From Candidatus Pyrohabitans jungbluthii (GTDB lineage: Archaea > Hydrothermarchaeota > Hydrothermarchaeia > Hydrothermarchaeales > BMS3B): 64,000 nucleotides of DNA. Location of the stretch: the NCBI GenBank assembly GCA_002010065.2, contig MTMD02000008.1, positions 224,001 through 288,000 on the forward strand, written 5' to 3'. Numbering within the stretch: position 1 is the first letter of the stretch; every line of letters begins with the position of its first letter. Below are positions 27,846 through 37,777 of the stretch, one piece after another. Position numbers and translations under genes: made by a program. Under the pieces are notes generated by a model. The model searched no databases, was not told the DNA's origin, and was given only the letters and a program-made list of their open reading frames with translations.

Positions 27846-28751
27846 GTGATAAAGGTAGTTTCTCCTGCAACGAGTGCAAATCTTGGGTCTGGCTTTGACG
27901 TCTTTGGCTTGGCGTTAAGCTCGCCTGCTGACGAGATGGGCTTCAAGGAGATTGAGGAGGGTGTGAGGATTAAAGTTAGAGGGTACCCCGTGCCAGAGAG
28001 CAGCGAGGAGAACATCGCTGGCTACGTCGCGGCGCGCGTGCTCTCAGCAAAAGGTGTGGAAGCGGGTGTGGAAATATCCATAAATAAAAAAATACGGCCA
28101 AAGAGCGGCCTAGGCTCAAGCGCAGCTTCAGCGGTTGGCGCAGCGTATGGCGTAAATGAGCTTTTTAATCTCGAGATGAGCAGGGAGGAGATTCTCCACT
28201 TCGCCCTTATGGGCGAGAAATACTTCTCAGGCGCTGAGCATGCAGACAACATCGCCGCCTGCCTGTACGGTGGCTTTACCTGCGTCAGCTACTCTCCGCT
28301 GAAAGTGCTCTCCATCACCCCGCCAGAATTTATGGAGTACGCTGTTCTCTTGCCCGAGGTTGAGGTGGAAACGCGCTCCGCAAGGGCGATGCTCCCCGAG
28401 AAAGTGCCCTTAGCTTCGCATGTGCGCAACCTGGCTAATGCTGCCTTCCTCGTAGCTGGTATGCTGCGAGGCGATGGCAATGCTATACGCACAGGGATGC
28501 GCGACGAGATTATAACGCCTCTGCGTAAAAACTACATACCTCACTTTGAGGAGCTAAGCTCAGCTGCCATTAAAGCGGGTGCCCTGGGATTTGCGATAAG
28601 TGGCTCGGGCCCAGCATGCATAGCGCTGTGCGACTCATCCAAAATAGCTGGCGAGGAGCTTGCAGGCGTGCTTAGGGAGGTTTACCAGAAGCATGGCTTA
28701 GAATGCACCACCTACGCTGGAAAGGTCGGTGTGGGATGCGGTGTAAAGTAG
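27846..28751 (+). CDS. thrB: Homoserine kinase
   Basis: PATSANLGSGFD, GLGSSAAS, HADN, ISGSGP. Confidence 0.93.
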   Translation: MIKVVSPATSANLGSGFDVFGLALSSPADEMGFKEIEEGVRIKVRGYPVPESSEENIAGYVAARVLSAKGVEAGVEISINKKIRPKSGLGSSAASAVGAAYGVNELFNLEMSREEILHFALMGEKYFSGAEHADNIAACLYGGFTCVSYSPLKVLSITPPEFMEYAVLLPEVEVETRSARAMLPEKVPLASHVRNLANAAFLVAGMLRGDGNAIRTGMRDEIITPLRKNYIPHFEELSSAAIKAGALGFAISGSGPACIALCDSSKIAGEELAGVLREVYQKHGLECTTYAGKVGVGCGVK

Positions 28752-28823
28752 GCAGAATTGAATAATAGTTGTTTCGGGGAACGAAAGAAAAATTTTATAT
28801 AATATTACAATCATGCTATATAC

Positions 28824-28953
28824 TGCGGGCTTAGGGGGAGAATAACAGTATTCCCGAGCTCTAAGCCGGGAATACTGTGGCTGACGCACCTAGTGGTGCC
28901 CACTCAGCCAATCCCCGGGCCGGGTATCTTCCCGGCTCCAACCTAAGCTCGCA
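28824..28953 (+). ncRNA. Putative 130-nt structured ncRNA (possibly HgcC-like)
   Basis: 12-bp terminal stem, three internal hairpins, TTTTATAT about 25 nt upstream and a T-run downstream. Confidence 0.65.
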
Positions 28954-29042
28954 CCCATTCCATACTCTGATTTTTTGTGACTGATGGGGATATGATTTTT
29001 ATATCACCGCTGCTGAATTCTGCATAGGCAGGGAAAGAGGAT

Positions 29043-29468
29043 ATGGGACTCCACCTTTACGTTGCGGCGCCGCTCTTCAGCGCAGCAGAGCGGGAGTTTA
29101 ACTCGCGGCTTTGTGCTGAGCTTGAACGCCGCGGCTACAGCGTAACGCTGCCTCAGCGAGACTGCTCTGGCGACAGGGAGGAGATATTCAGGTGCTGCCT
29201 TTCAGAGATCCGCAGAGCGAGTGTTGTTATTGCTGTGCTTGAAGGCGCCGGCTGCGACGACGGCACAGCCTTTGAGGTGGGTTATGCCTTTGCGCTGGGA
29301 AAGCGCATCTTAGGTTTAAGAACGGACTTTCGCAACGTGGGCGAGTATGGGGCAAGGGTTAATTTGATGCTGGAAAAAGCGTGCGAGAAGCTTTTAGCAA
29401 GCGAAGAAGAGCTTTTCGTCGCCCTTGAACATATGGAGGGAGAGTATGGAGAAAAAGCTAAGAATTAA
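29043..29468 (+). CDS. Nucleoside 2-deoxyribosyltransferase family protein
   Basis: YVAAPLF, PQ, DDGTAFEVGYA, NLM. Confidence 0.85.
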   Translation: MGLHLYVAAPLFSAAEREFNSRLCAELERRGYSVTLPQRDCSGDREEIFRCCLSEIRRASVVIAVLEGAGCDDGTAFEVGYAFALGKRILGLRTDFRNVGEYGARVNLMLEKACEKLLASEEELFVALEHMEGEYGEKAKN

Positions 29469-30981
29469 AGCTCTGGACATAAAAGAGGGCAGGTATGAGA
29501 TAACCCTCAATGAGGAGGATGCCCGCGAACTCGGTTTGCACACCCGCGACAGGGTGAGGGTTTACCATAATGGCGAGTACCGCGTAGCCAGCGTTAATTT
29601 GTCCTCTCGAGCTATAGGCAAAGGTGAAGCAGGAGTTACCATCGACCTTCAGGAGGCATTTAATCTTAAGGAAGGGAACTTCATAACCGTTGTGCCCACG
29701 GCCAAGCCTAAATCCGTGGAGTTCATTCGCAAGAAGATGGATGGGCTTGTGTTAAATGAGGGCGAGATTGATGCGATTATCAAAGATGTGGTAAACCGCG
29801 ACCTGAGTGATATTGAGATTACGGCTTTTATAACTGCACTTTATATAAACGGGCTGAACATGGAGGAGGCCGCAAGCTTAAGCAAGAAAATGGCTGAGAA
29901 CGGAGAGATGCTGGAGCTAAGGCGAAGACCAGTGTTCGACAAGCACAGCATCGGGGGTGTGCCGGGCAACAAAATTACCCTGCTCATCGTGCCCATCGTC
30001 GCTGCTGCCGGGCTTGTGATACCCAAAACCTCTTCACGGGCGATTACCTCAGCTGCGGGTACAGCTGACATTATGGAAGTGCTCGCACCAGTGAGCTTTT
30101 CAGCGCGCGAAATTGAGGAGATTGTGGATAGGACCAATGGAATAATCGCATGGGGGGGCGGACTTAACCTTGCGCCGGCGGATGATATTTTTATCCAGGT
30201 GGAGTATCCCCTTGCGATAGACCCCCACTACTTAGCGCTGTGCAGCGTTATGGCTAAGAAGTATGCGGTGGGCGCTGATTTTGTGGTCATCGACATACCC
30301 ATGGGCAGCGAGGCAAAGGTTAAGACAATGGAAGAAGCGAAGCGCTTTGCAAGAGAGTTTATTGAACTGGGGGAGAAGATAGGGATAAATGTGGAGTGCG
30401 CCATAACCTACGGCGACAAGCCTATAGGTAGAGCCATAGGCCCTGCTTTAGAAGCTAGAGAAGCGCTTGCAACCCTGGAGAAGGGCGCTGGACCGAGCAG
30501 CTTTGTGGAGAAGTCTCTGGAGCTTGCGGGCATACTTCTCGAGGCAGGGGGCGTAGCGAGCAGGGGCAGAGGCAAGGAGGCGGCGAAGCAGATCCTTCGC
30601 TCAGGCAAGGCTTTAAAGAAGATGAAGGAGATAATCGCGGCCCAGGGGGGAGATGAAAAAATTAAGGCAGAGGATATCCACGTTGGCGAATACCGCGAGG
30701 TTATAACCAGCGATGGCGAGGGTTATGTAATCCACATATCCAATCGCGCTCTGGTGAGAATCGCCAGAGAGGCGGGCTCACCAAAGGATAAGGGTGCCGG
30801 GATACTTCTCCACGTGACCAAGGGTGAGAAGGTTAAGAAGGGCGACGTTCTCATGGAGATCTACGCAGATAGCGAGTACCGCTTAGAGCAGGCAGTGAAG
30901 CTGGCGAAGCAGCTCAAGCCGATAACCCTCGAGGGGATGGTTTTGGCAAGGGTGCCAGGGATTACCTACTTTGAGCACTGA
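29446..30981 (+). CDS. AMP phosphorylase
   Basis: DKHSIGGVPGNK, KTSSRAITSAAGTAD, SVMAKK, GPALEAREAL. Confidence 0.93.
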   Translation: MEKKLRIKALDIKEGRYEITLNEEDARELGLHTRDRVRVYHNGEYRVASVNLSSRAIGKGEAGVTIDLQEAFNLKEGNFITVVPTAKPKSVEFIRKKMDGLVLNEGEIDAIIKDVVNRDLSDIEITAFITALYINGLNMEEAASLSKKMAENGEMLELRRRPVFDKHSIGGVPGNKITLLIVPIVAAAGLVIPKTSSRAITSAAGTADIMEVLAPVSFSAREIEEIVDRTNGIIAWGGGLNLAPADDIFIQVEYPLAIDPHYLALCSVMAKKYAVGADFVVIDIPMGSEAKVKTMEEAKRFAREFIELGEKIGINVECAITYGDKPIGRAIGPALEAREALATLEKGAGPSSFVEKSLELAGILLEAGGVASRGRGKEAAKQILRSGKALKKMKEIIAAQGGDEKIKAEDIHVGEYREVITSDGEGYVIHISNRALVRIAREAGSPKDKGAGILLHVTKGEKVKKGDVLMEIYADSEYRLEQAVKLAKQLKPITLEGMVLARVPGITYFEH

Positions 30982-31555
30982 ACTCTTCGCAAATTCTTAT
31001 AAAGTTCTTGAAAATCTCCGGTCCCAGTGGTGTATGCTCCACTTCAGGGTGGAACTGCACACCGTAGAGGGGCAGGCTCTCGTGCGCCATGGCTTCGACC
31101 TCACAGGTCTCGCTGTGGGCAAGCTTTTTAAAGCCCTTGGGAAGCTTCGCCACCTCGTCCTTGTGGGAGACCCACGCCCTGAAGCTGGGCGCCAGCCCGC
31201 GGAGGATCTCATCTTCGTCGTCCACTATAATCTCCGCGTCGGCATACTCCCCAACTTCGGCGGTTCTAACCTCTCCGCCAAAAAGCTTTGCCATGAGCTG
31301 GTGCCCTAAGCAGATGCCGAGTATAGGCACTTTGCCCGCGAAGGCTTTTATTATCTCGCCGGAGTTGCCTATCTCCTCTAGGTAGGGTCCGCCCCCTACA
31401 ACTATGCCCAGAGGCGACTCCTTCTCCACCTCCTCCACGCTTATTGTGTTCTGCACCAGCTTTACGCTCTTACCCAAATAGCGAATGGTGCGATATATGC
31501 GGTGGTTGTACTGCCCGCGGTTGGCGATTACTATGTACTCAGTCATCTTACCCAC
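30962..31555 (-). CDS. guaAA: GMP synthase glutamine amidotransferase subunit A
   Basis: GQYNHRI, GICLGHQ, SHKD, QFHPEV. Confidence 0.9.
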   Translation of the reverse strand: MGKMTEYIVIANRGQYNHRIYRTIRYLGKSVKLVQNTISVEEVEKESPLGIVVGGGPYLEEIGNSGEIIKAFAGKVPILGICLGHQLMAKLFGGEVRTAEVGEYADAEIIVDDEDEILRGLAPSFRAWVSHKDEVAKLPKGFKKLAHSETCEVEAMAHESLPLYGVQFHPEVEHTPLGPEIFKNFIRICEEFSAQSR

Positions 31556-32205
31556 CTTATCGGCGCGCCTCTATTTTCAAGAATTTTTATAAGCCTTTCA
31601 GCCCAGACAAGCTTCTTCCTCTTCTTCTCGCTGTCGCGAGAGAAGGAGTATCTTCCAATCTCGCTATGGAAGTCCATCCCATATAAATATATCTCCCCCG
31701 CCTTGAAGTGCTTGGCGAGAAAAACAGCGCGGTCGCCATCGGTGAAGCCGCCGAAGTTGTACACCTCGTCGAAGGGCTCCGCCTGCGTTGTGGCTACAAC
31801 ATTGACGAAGAGCGGAGCGTAGCGTCTGAGCGCTGCCATGTTGTCCCCGTGGGCGTGAATCACAACCACGCTCCCGCGGGCATTTGCCTCGAGTAAATCT
31901 TCAACCCTGCCGTCGAGGTCTGTAACCATAATCTCGGGCACAGTGCCGCGCTCCAGCAGGAAGCTCGTCGCCCCGTCGCATGCTATGGCTATGCCCTGGG
32001 GAATGCGCTCCAGCCTTTCAAGGCTCGGTCCAGCGCCGAAGATGTTCACCCGCTTGCCGGAGATGAGGGAATCCAGAACGGTTAGAGGCAGACGGCTCTT
32101 CACCAGCGAGGCGAGAAGCCTGGCAGCAGCTTTATCTTCCTCCTCGGAGAAGCCGAAGTCCACAAGAATTTCGCGGTATATGGTGCGCCATTCCTCGTAG
32201 TGCAT
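31543..32205 (-). CDS. mptE: 6-hydroxymethyl-7,8-dihydropterin pyrophosphokinase (archaeal)
   Basis: GAGPSL, TDLDG, HAHGDN, NFGGFTDGDRA. Confidence 0.88.
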   Translation of the reverse strand: MHYEEWRTIYREILVDFGFSEEEDKAAARLLASLVKSRLPLTVLDSLISGKRVNIFGAGPSLERLERIPQGIAIACDGATSFLLERGTVPEIMVTDLDGRVEDLLEANARGSVVVIHAHGDNMAALRRYAPLFVNVVATTQAEPFDEVYNFGGFTDGDRAVFLAKHFKAGEIYLYGMDFHSEIGRYSFSRDSEKKRKKLVWAERLIKILENRGAPIRWVR

Positions 32206-32409
32206 ATAACTCACCTTAAGGTGGGATGCTATCGAGGAAAAATAAAAGATGTTTTGATAGTCACTAAGGTTAGTGGAGTGCCCGAGTTCTGGAGCAGCTT
32301 AAAATCTATCTCGCTGAACTCATGCATAGATAAGTGAATATTGCGGTACTTACCAGACTGCGACAAGATTATATATCGTTAATCTGTTAATAACGATAGA
32401 GGGAAGAAA

Positions 32410-32736
32410 ATGATAACTCTTCAAGTTATTGACGATATCGTCTCTGAAATAAAGAAATTTCTTCTCAAGCATTACGGAGAAAAGATAAAGAAGGTTATCG
32501 TTTACGGCTCTTTTGCGAGAGGCGAAGCCACACCTGATTCTGATATTGACCTTTTAGTTGTGGTTGATGATTCTCTTGATCCAAGGAAGGTCGAAGAGAA
32601 GCTCGATGATCTACTATTTGAGATTTTGCTGAACAGAAAGGAGCTAGTTTCTGTTATTGCAGTTAAGGAGACGATGTTTGAAAACTACAGGTCGCCTTTA
32701 CTGCTGAATGTAAAAGAAGAGGGCATTACAGTATGA
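32410..32736 (+). CDS. Minimal nucleotidyltransferase (MNT) antitoxin
   Basis: YGSFARGEATPDSDIDLLV. Confidence 0.9.
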   Translation: MITLQVIDDIVSEIKKFLLKHYGEKIKKVIVYGSFARGEATPDSDIDLLVVVDDSLDPRKVEEKLDDLLFEILLNRKELVSVIAVKETMFENYRSPLLLNVKEEGITV

Positions 32737-32820
32737 GAGAAGTGGACGACCTCATTAATAAGGCAAAGAGGTTTTTGAGAACCGCCGAGCTTGCCTTTAA
32801 TGACGGTGACTACGATTCCA
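32733..32820 (+). pseudogene. HEPN toxin N-terminal fragment
   Basis: MREVDDLINKAKRFLRTAELAFNDGDYDS matches a HEPN start. The rest of the 89-aa ORF is antisense to the next gene. Confidence 0.7.
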
Positions 32821-33027
32821 CTAAATCGGATATAATCTCTCTAATTTCTCTGAAAACCCCTCAATATCTGGCTTCTCACAATATTTATGCATTTCAGGAT
32901 TTTCAACTGGATGCTTATGCCAGCCACCAAGATTATCATACCCAAATGTCCTTTTTCCTTCCATTATTAATGCAAAGTCAATTATCATTTGAAGAATTAT
33001 AGTAAATATCAAAATATAAACGTTCAC
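32821..33027 (-). pseudogene. Degenerate DUF6516/TumE-like toxin
   Basis: FGYDNLGGWHKHP motif; short, apparently damaged N-terminus; GTGA overlap with the upstream gene. Confidence 0.55.
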
Positions 33028-33335
33028 GAAATTTTATTCTCATTAAGCAGTTCGAGCCACCTCTCTTTTTCCATCTCCAGCGCTTCCCATTCTATGTAAT
33101 CTGCCTCCACTTCATGGGAATATTTGTCTTTTATCTCCCCGGCTTCCCATGCATGTCGAAATTCTTCAAATTTCATCCTATATTTTGATTCAAAGTTTGC
33201 AATCAGCTCGTTGCATTCTTTTATTTTTGATTTTATTACTTATCTTGCGAGATTGCCCAGTTTTTCGCTATAATCTCGCTCTGTAAATAAATCAAGGATA
33301 TTTCTTGTTTTTTCATCAATAGTAAGTGTGACCAT
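33024..33335 (-). pseudogene. Antitoxin-like gene with in-frame TAA at 33240-33242
   Basis: MVTLTIDEK...LAR*VIKSKIKE...FESKYRMKFEEF...DYIEWEALE. Confidence 0.65.
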
Positions 33336-33369
33336 TTTAGAACACCTCAACATTTCTAATTTATGTTTT

Positions 33370-33560
33370 TAGTTTTTAAATTCATTAATTTTAACCTCAA
33401 AAGCAATTCATCAAAGCTCTGTGGCTGCCTCAAGTCTACCTCGCCAAATTCATACCTGAAAAAGTGAATCCCCTCCTCTTTAATCCTCCTCGGCACGCTC
33501 TCGGCTATCAGCACACCCGCAACGCACTCCTCGCCGAGGATTACGAAGTTTTCTGGCTGG
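33370..33560 (-). pseudogene. C-terminal gene fragment, possibly a PD-(D/E)XK nuclease tail
   Basis: Start-less frame PENFVILGEECVAGVLIAESVPRRIKEEGIHFFRYEF, core-like base composition. Confidence 0.35.
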
Positions 33561-33650
33561 ACATGTCATAGGGTTTTGTATGTTAGATTAATAACCGTTA
33601 GTTTTTTAAGTAAGTTAAAAATATGATTGATAATATAGGGGGTATGGAAT

Positions 33651-34379
33651 ATGCCATTTACATCAAGATTCATTTGCATGTCCCCAAGAGAGACACCAAG
33701 TATAGAAGAAATACGAAGAATTATTGAAGAAAGAGATGTTATAAAAAGTAAAATAGAAAATGAATTTAAATTGGAATCTTGGATAAAACTTTCACCTACT
33801 TTAGTTTCTTATAAAGATGAAAAATTTTTAGAAGGTGTTATATTCCACCAACACATCCAAAAAATACCAGATTATGTAAGAAAGGGAAGAGATATAGAGG
33901 AGATCTATCAGCCTATAAGAAAAACTAGTAAAGTTCGGTTTTGGTTTTCATCAAATCCAGGAGTCGTTTTATTTAATAATAGGCAGAATGGAAACACTTT
34001 TGGGAGAAGGATCTTATCTTTAGCTATATTTAACATTGAAGATCGCATTCTTCCAGTGACTTTTAGGATTTCCGACATAGAAAAAGATTATTATGAGACT
34101 GTATGGACGCATAGTTTCCAGAATAGACAAGGGAATATAATTAAAGGTCAACATTATGGAAATCAAATAGTAAATGATCCTATGTATGGAGAAACAATAG
34201 GAGCGCCAAGAAACTTTATTGGTGTTCTTTCTAGTTCGACGAATCCTGCATTTAAGGTTAGAATTAATAGAAATGGCGTAATTACAATTTTCAAAGATTT
34301 AAATGACCCAGCAGAACTACCAACAGTATTCAGAATTATACATGAATTTTTACCTTATTCAGTTGCTACTTATTACTAG
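33651..34379 (+). CDS. Hypothetical protein (AT-rich island)
   Basis: 242-aa ORF with GGGGGT RBS; no family recognised. Confidence 0.7.
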   Translation: MPFTSRFICMSPRETPSIEEIRRIIEERDVIKSKIENEFKLESWIKLSPTLVSYKDEKFLEGVIFHQHIQKIPDYVRKGRDIEEIYQPIRKTSKVRFWFSSNPGVVLFNNRQNGNTFGRRILSLAIFNIEDRILPVTFRISDIEKDYYETVWTHSFQNRQGNIIKGQHYGNQIVNDPMYGETIGAPRNFIGVLSSSTNPAFKVRINRNGVITIFKDLNDPAELPTVFRIIHEFLPYSVATYY

Positions 34380-34390
34380 TAGAGATAAAA

Positions 34391-35056
34391 TTAGTAAATA
34401 AGAACAATATATTTTTTAACAGCTTCTAGTACATTTAACAAGTTTTTAGAATTTATCTGAACTGTTTTTTTGCCTACAATTACATCAAGATCGAGTTGTT
34501 CATCTTTTATTCTTTTCTTTTCGAACCAATATTCATCTTCAGGTTCTTTTTTGATTTCTATATTTACATTTGTAAATTTTGGTGTTTTACTGATATGTTT
34601 TTCCAGAATTTCAATTATTCTCTCTATTCGGTTTAGGTATTTTCTAGTATATTCATCGTCTCGAAAGTGACAGGTTATAAAACCTTTTAGTTTTATTAAC
34701 ACTTCCGTATTATTAATATCGGTATTGGATGGTATCTCAGCAGAAAGAGATTCTAAATCAATTTCTGGATGAAGTTCAAGCGTTATAGGGATTTGCAGGT
34801 CTTTATACCAAACTTCTAGATGGTTTTCATTGTATATTATTTCCTTAACAGGAAATATCTCCCTAAAATCTCTGTGGATAGTTCGAAAATCTATATTATA
34901 CAATCCAATATAGATTCTCGTAACCTTAAGATAAAGTATAAATTTAGCATTTTTTATCCAAAGATAAAATTTTTTGTAGCTAAATTTAACTATTCTATAA
35001 ATTCTTCCAAGAATTTTCTCTAATATGATTTGAGAAATAATCTCCCAAATACTCAT
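34391..35056 (-). CDS. Hypothetical protein (AT-rich island)
   Basis: 221-aa ORF with amphipathic N-terminus and GGAGA RBS. Confidence 0.65.
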   Translation of the reverse strand: MSIWEIISQIILEKILGRIYRIVKFSYKKFYLWIKNAKFILYLKVTRIYIGLYNIDFRTIHRDFREIFPVKEIIYNENHLEVWYKDLQIPITLELHPEIDLESLSAEIPSNTDINNTEVLIKLKGFITCHFRDDEYTRKYLNRIERIIEILEKHISKTPKFTNVNIEIKKEPEDEYWFEKKRIKDEQLDLDVIVGKKTVQINSKNLLNVLEAVKKYIVLIY

Positions 35057-35229
35057 ATATACAATTTCTCCTATACCTTCTCTGTTTTGGTTTGGTGCTA
35101 TTGTTAGATTCTTAAGTTACTATTAATTCATAATCTTTACCCCTCAAATAGGTAGTATGCCTAATATTTATATAGTAATTATGTAATAATTATATTAAAA
35201 TGTAACAATTGGTAATGGTGGTTGGAAAA

Positions 35230-35361
35230 ATGAACAAAATAAAGATGCAACCTAAAGAAGCGAGATGTCTAAACTGTGGTTCAACCTCACTTAAGTACAG
35301 GAAAAGGTTTGATGATTTTGTATGTCTTAAATGTGGTGATATTTTTGTACCAATGATGTAA
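35230..35361 (+). CDS. Small zinc-ribbon protein (43 aa), not in the ORF track
   Basis: MNKIKMQPKEARCLNCGSTSLKYRKRFDDFVCLKCGDIFVPMM; GGTGG RBS. Confidence 0.7.
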   Translation: MNKIKMQPKEARCLNCGSTSLKYRKRFDDFVCLKCGDIFVPMM

Positions 35362-35380
35362 ACAGACCTAAATTTATAAT

Positions 35381-35644
35381 TTATTTTGTTAATTTACTAA
35401 TCTCATTTAGTATTTCCTTTCCTTTTTTTGTGATTGTGTAGAGTTTCATTTTTCTCCTTTCAGGAGTTAAACACATTATCAGATTTTTATCTTCTAATTC
35501 TTTTAATGTTTTGCTAACGTGACTTCTGGGCACTTTTAGAGAAGATGCCAAATTTGACGGTGTCTTTTGTGAATTTTTCAATTCTACTAATATTCTAAAT
35601 CGAAGTTTTCCAGACATAACGAAACTTATAGAGTTCCAATCCAT
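35381..35644 (-). CDS. Winged-helix transcription regulator
   Basis: TPSNLA...SHVSKTLKELEDKNLI...YTITKKG. Confidence 0.85.
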   Translation of the reverse strand: MDWNSISFVMSGKLRFRILVELKNSQKTPSNLASSLKVPRSHVSKTLKELEDKNLIMCLTPERRKMKLYTITKKGKEILNEISKLTK

Positions 35645-35734
35645 GCTTACACAATATTTATTACGATATTTTAAATTAGTTATACAATTTTGTAATTAAA
35701 CATTTAATCACCTTTTTCAAAAATGTTATGAATC

Positions 35735-36289
35735 ATGGACTTAAGTGACCTAATTGGTCCTAGAAAACCACCTAATATAGGAATTTCCCCAAAAAAATAT
35801 CGTGAAACATATATAAAGTCACCATCAGAGGATGAAGTATCAAAATTTTCTGAAAATCCGCGTAACGCTTATGGAAAATGGTATGAGCACGTTATAAATG
35901 AACAAATACGTAAAATTTGTTCAAAACGAAGATGGAATTTTGATACACATGTGGATATGGGATATAGCAAAGTTTATCTAAGCAAGCGATATGCTGATAT
36001 TGTAGTAAATGGTGAATTAGGATTAGAACTAAAATTTCTTAAAGGTGGAGGTTCTCTTATAAAACCGAAGTGTCTTGTTGATGCTATTGATTTTTCAAAT
36101 CGTCCTATTGATACGATATATTTAATTGATGGAGAGGGGTGGCTTATAGGTAAGAAAGTAAAATACATAGAATATTTGAATAAGTGGTGGACTTTTACCA
36201 ATTCTGCAAATCTCGAATATTCATTGGTTAAATATTTTAATAAAAAGAAAAATAGGAAAAAAACCAAAAAATATAAAATAAATTTTTAA
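35735..36289 (+). CDS. PD-(D/E)XK nuclease, DpnII-like
   Basis: GKWYE...ADIVV...LELKFLKGGGS...LIDGEGW parallels DpnII catalytic motifs. Confidence 0.65.
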   Translation: MDLSDLIGPRKPPNIGISPKKYRETYIKSPSEDEVSKFSENPRNAYGKWYEHVINEQIRKICSKRRWNFDTHVDMGYSKVYLSKRYADIVVNGELGLELKFLKGGGSLIKPKCLVDAIDFSNRPIDTIYLIDGEGWLIGKKVKYIEYLNKWWTFTNSANLEYSLVKYFNKKKNRKKTKKYKINF

Positions 36290-36376
36290 ATCTAAGTTCT
36301 CAAACATTTAGTAACATATTACTTATGATTTTTTGTAATCATTATTTTAAACTGCTTCTCAAGCATAATTGCATTG

Positions 36377-36934
36377 ATGCGTATCGAAGAAGCGTATCAA
36401 TTATTAAGAAGACTAGCTCCTAGGCAGAGAATAGAAGTATACAAAGGCTTTGATGGCACAATTATAACAGCTACAAGAACAGATAAAATATGTCCACATG
36501 ACTTCGCAGTTGGATTGGTAATACCTGGAAGAAGAGAATTTTACCCGACGCATGTGAGACTTCTTTTTGACCTTTACCTGAAAAGGATAACTGACGGTGA
36601 AAATGCAAAAAAGCTGTTCTGTGCACTTGAAGACGTTTTTAGAGGAGAAGATCCTGAAAAGTTGGCAAAGGATTTTGAAGGAGTTAAGTTTAGGATGCAA
36701 TTAGATAATTGCGATGTCAATTTGTATTATGCTCAACTTTTAATGATTGAGCAGGATTTCAATTATGGAAAAGATGGATGTAAAAGCAGCAAATATAACC
36801 CTGCAAGAACTTACCTAATGGGATATATAAGATGGGTTGCTTCTGGAGACGATGAAATAGATAAAATCATAACAGGAGCTGTTCGAAACTATCCACCTCG
36901 AGTGAAATATATAGAGCCATTAGATTGTGAGTGA
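36377..36934 (+). CDS. Hypothetical protein convergent with the Dam-type methyltransferase
   Basis: 185-aa ORF; PTH..LLFDLYLK and LMIEQDFNY motifs. Confidence 0.7.
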   Translation: MRIEEAYQLLRRLAPRQRIEVYKGFDGTIITATRTDKICPHDFAVGLVIPGRREFYPTHVRLLFDLYLKRITDGENAKKLFCALEDVFRGEDPEKLAKDFEGVKFRMQLDNCDVNLYYAQLLMIEQDFNYGKDGCKSSKYNPARTYLMGYIRWVASGDDEIDKIITGAVRNYPPRVKYIEPLDCE

Positions 36935-37777
36935 GTAATTTTCATAATTTAAAATTACTAACTCGTTAATAGCTCCTCTCTTATCAGCTTTACTATTAAT
37001 AGCTCTTCTTGCTTTTACTTTGTGTATTTTCAATCCATCATAACTATATAGATTTTTAATAAACTCCGTGTCACTATTACTTAGCATAAGTAGACAACCT
37101 CGTTCATCAAGCTTTCTATAAACTTCTGCAAGTTTTCTTTGCTCATCATCTAAGAAAGCATCCTTGGTATAACTTGTGAAATTGGCGGTTTTGGAAAGGG
37201 GGTAATAAGGTGGGTCAAAATATATAAAATCCCCGCTTTCTGCATCTTCTAATACCTTTTCAAAAGATTGAAGTTTAATAGTTACTCCCTGTAATAACTT
37301 GTGAGCTTTTCTGAGATTTTCCTCATTTACAATATTTGGGTTTTTATATCTACCAAAAGGAACGTTAAATTTTCCTTTAGAATTGACACGATATAAACCA
37401 TTGTAGCATGTTTTATTTAAATATAAAAATCTGGCAGCCTTCTCTACGTCTGAAAGTTCATTTACATCAATTTCTCTTATCTTATAATAATACTCTTTGC
37501 AGTGGTTTCTTTTATGTACCTTTAATAGCTTTATCAATTCTTCTAGATTATCCCTAACCACTATATAAGTATTTATCAAATCTTCGTTGTTATCAGAGAT
37601 TATAACTTTTTTTGGATTGTATTTTCGTTTTATATAAAAAAATACTGCTCCACTTCCCACAAAAGGTTCAAGATAACCATTAAACTTCTTAGGAAAGAAT
37701 TTCTTAAATTGATCAAGAAGCTGAGTCTTTCCGCCAGCCCACTTGACAAAAGTTGGGACTGTATTATTTCGAGGCAT
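36920..37777 (-). CDS. Dam-family DNA adenine methyltransferase
   Basis: KWAGGK, EPFVGSGAV, NGLYRVN..GKFNVPFG, DPPY, LSNS. Confidence 0.93.
   Translation of the reverse strand: MPRNNTVPTFVKWAGGKTQLLDQFKKFFPKKFNGYLEPFVGSGAVFFYIKRKYNPKKVIISDNNEDLINTYIVVRDNLEELIKLLKVHKRNHCKEYYYKIREIDVNELSDVEKAARFLYLNKTCYNGLYRVNSKGKFNVPFGRYKNPNIVNEENLRKAHKLLQGVTIKLQSFEKVLEDAESGDFIYFDPPYYPLSKTANFTSYTKDAFLDDEQRKLAEVYRKLDERGCLLMLSNSDTEFIKNLYSYDGLKIHKVKARRAINSKADKRGAINELVILNYENYSLTI

Noticed and set aside
28824-28953. 5S rRNA, tRNA or SRP RNA
   Set aside because: It lacks 5S conserved motifs and a T-loop/anticodon arm, and is too short for archaeal SRP RNA.
32270-32300. tRNA 5' fragment or att site (GGAGTGCCCGAG)
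   Set aside because: Better explained as a decayed zinc-ribbon coding remnant (ECPSSGA...EYCGT); no matching tRNA copy in the window.
36306-36325. Phr operator in the defence island (TTTAGTAACATATTAC)
   Set aside because: Only the left half matches, spacing is wrong, and the context is AT-rich.
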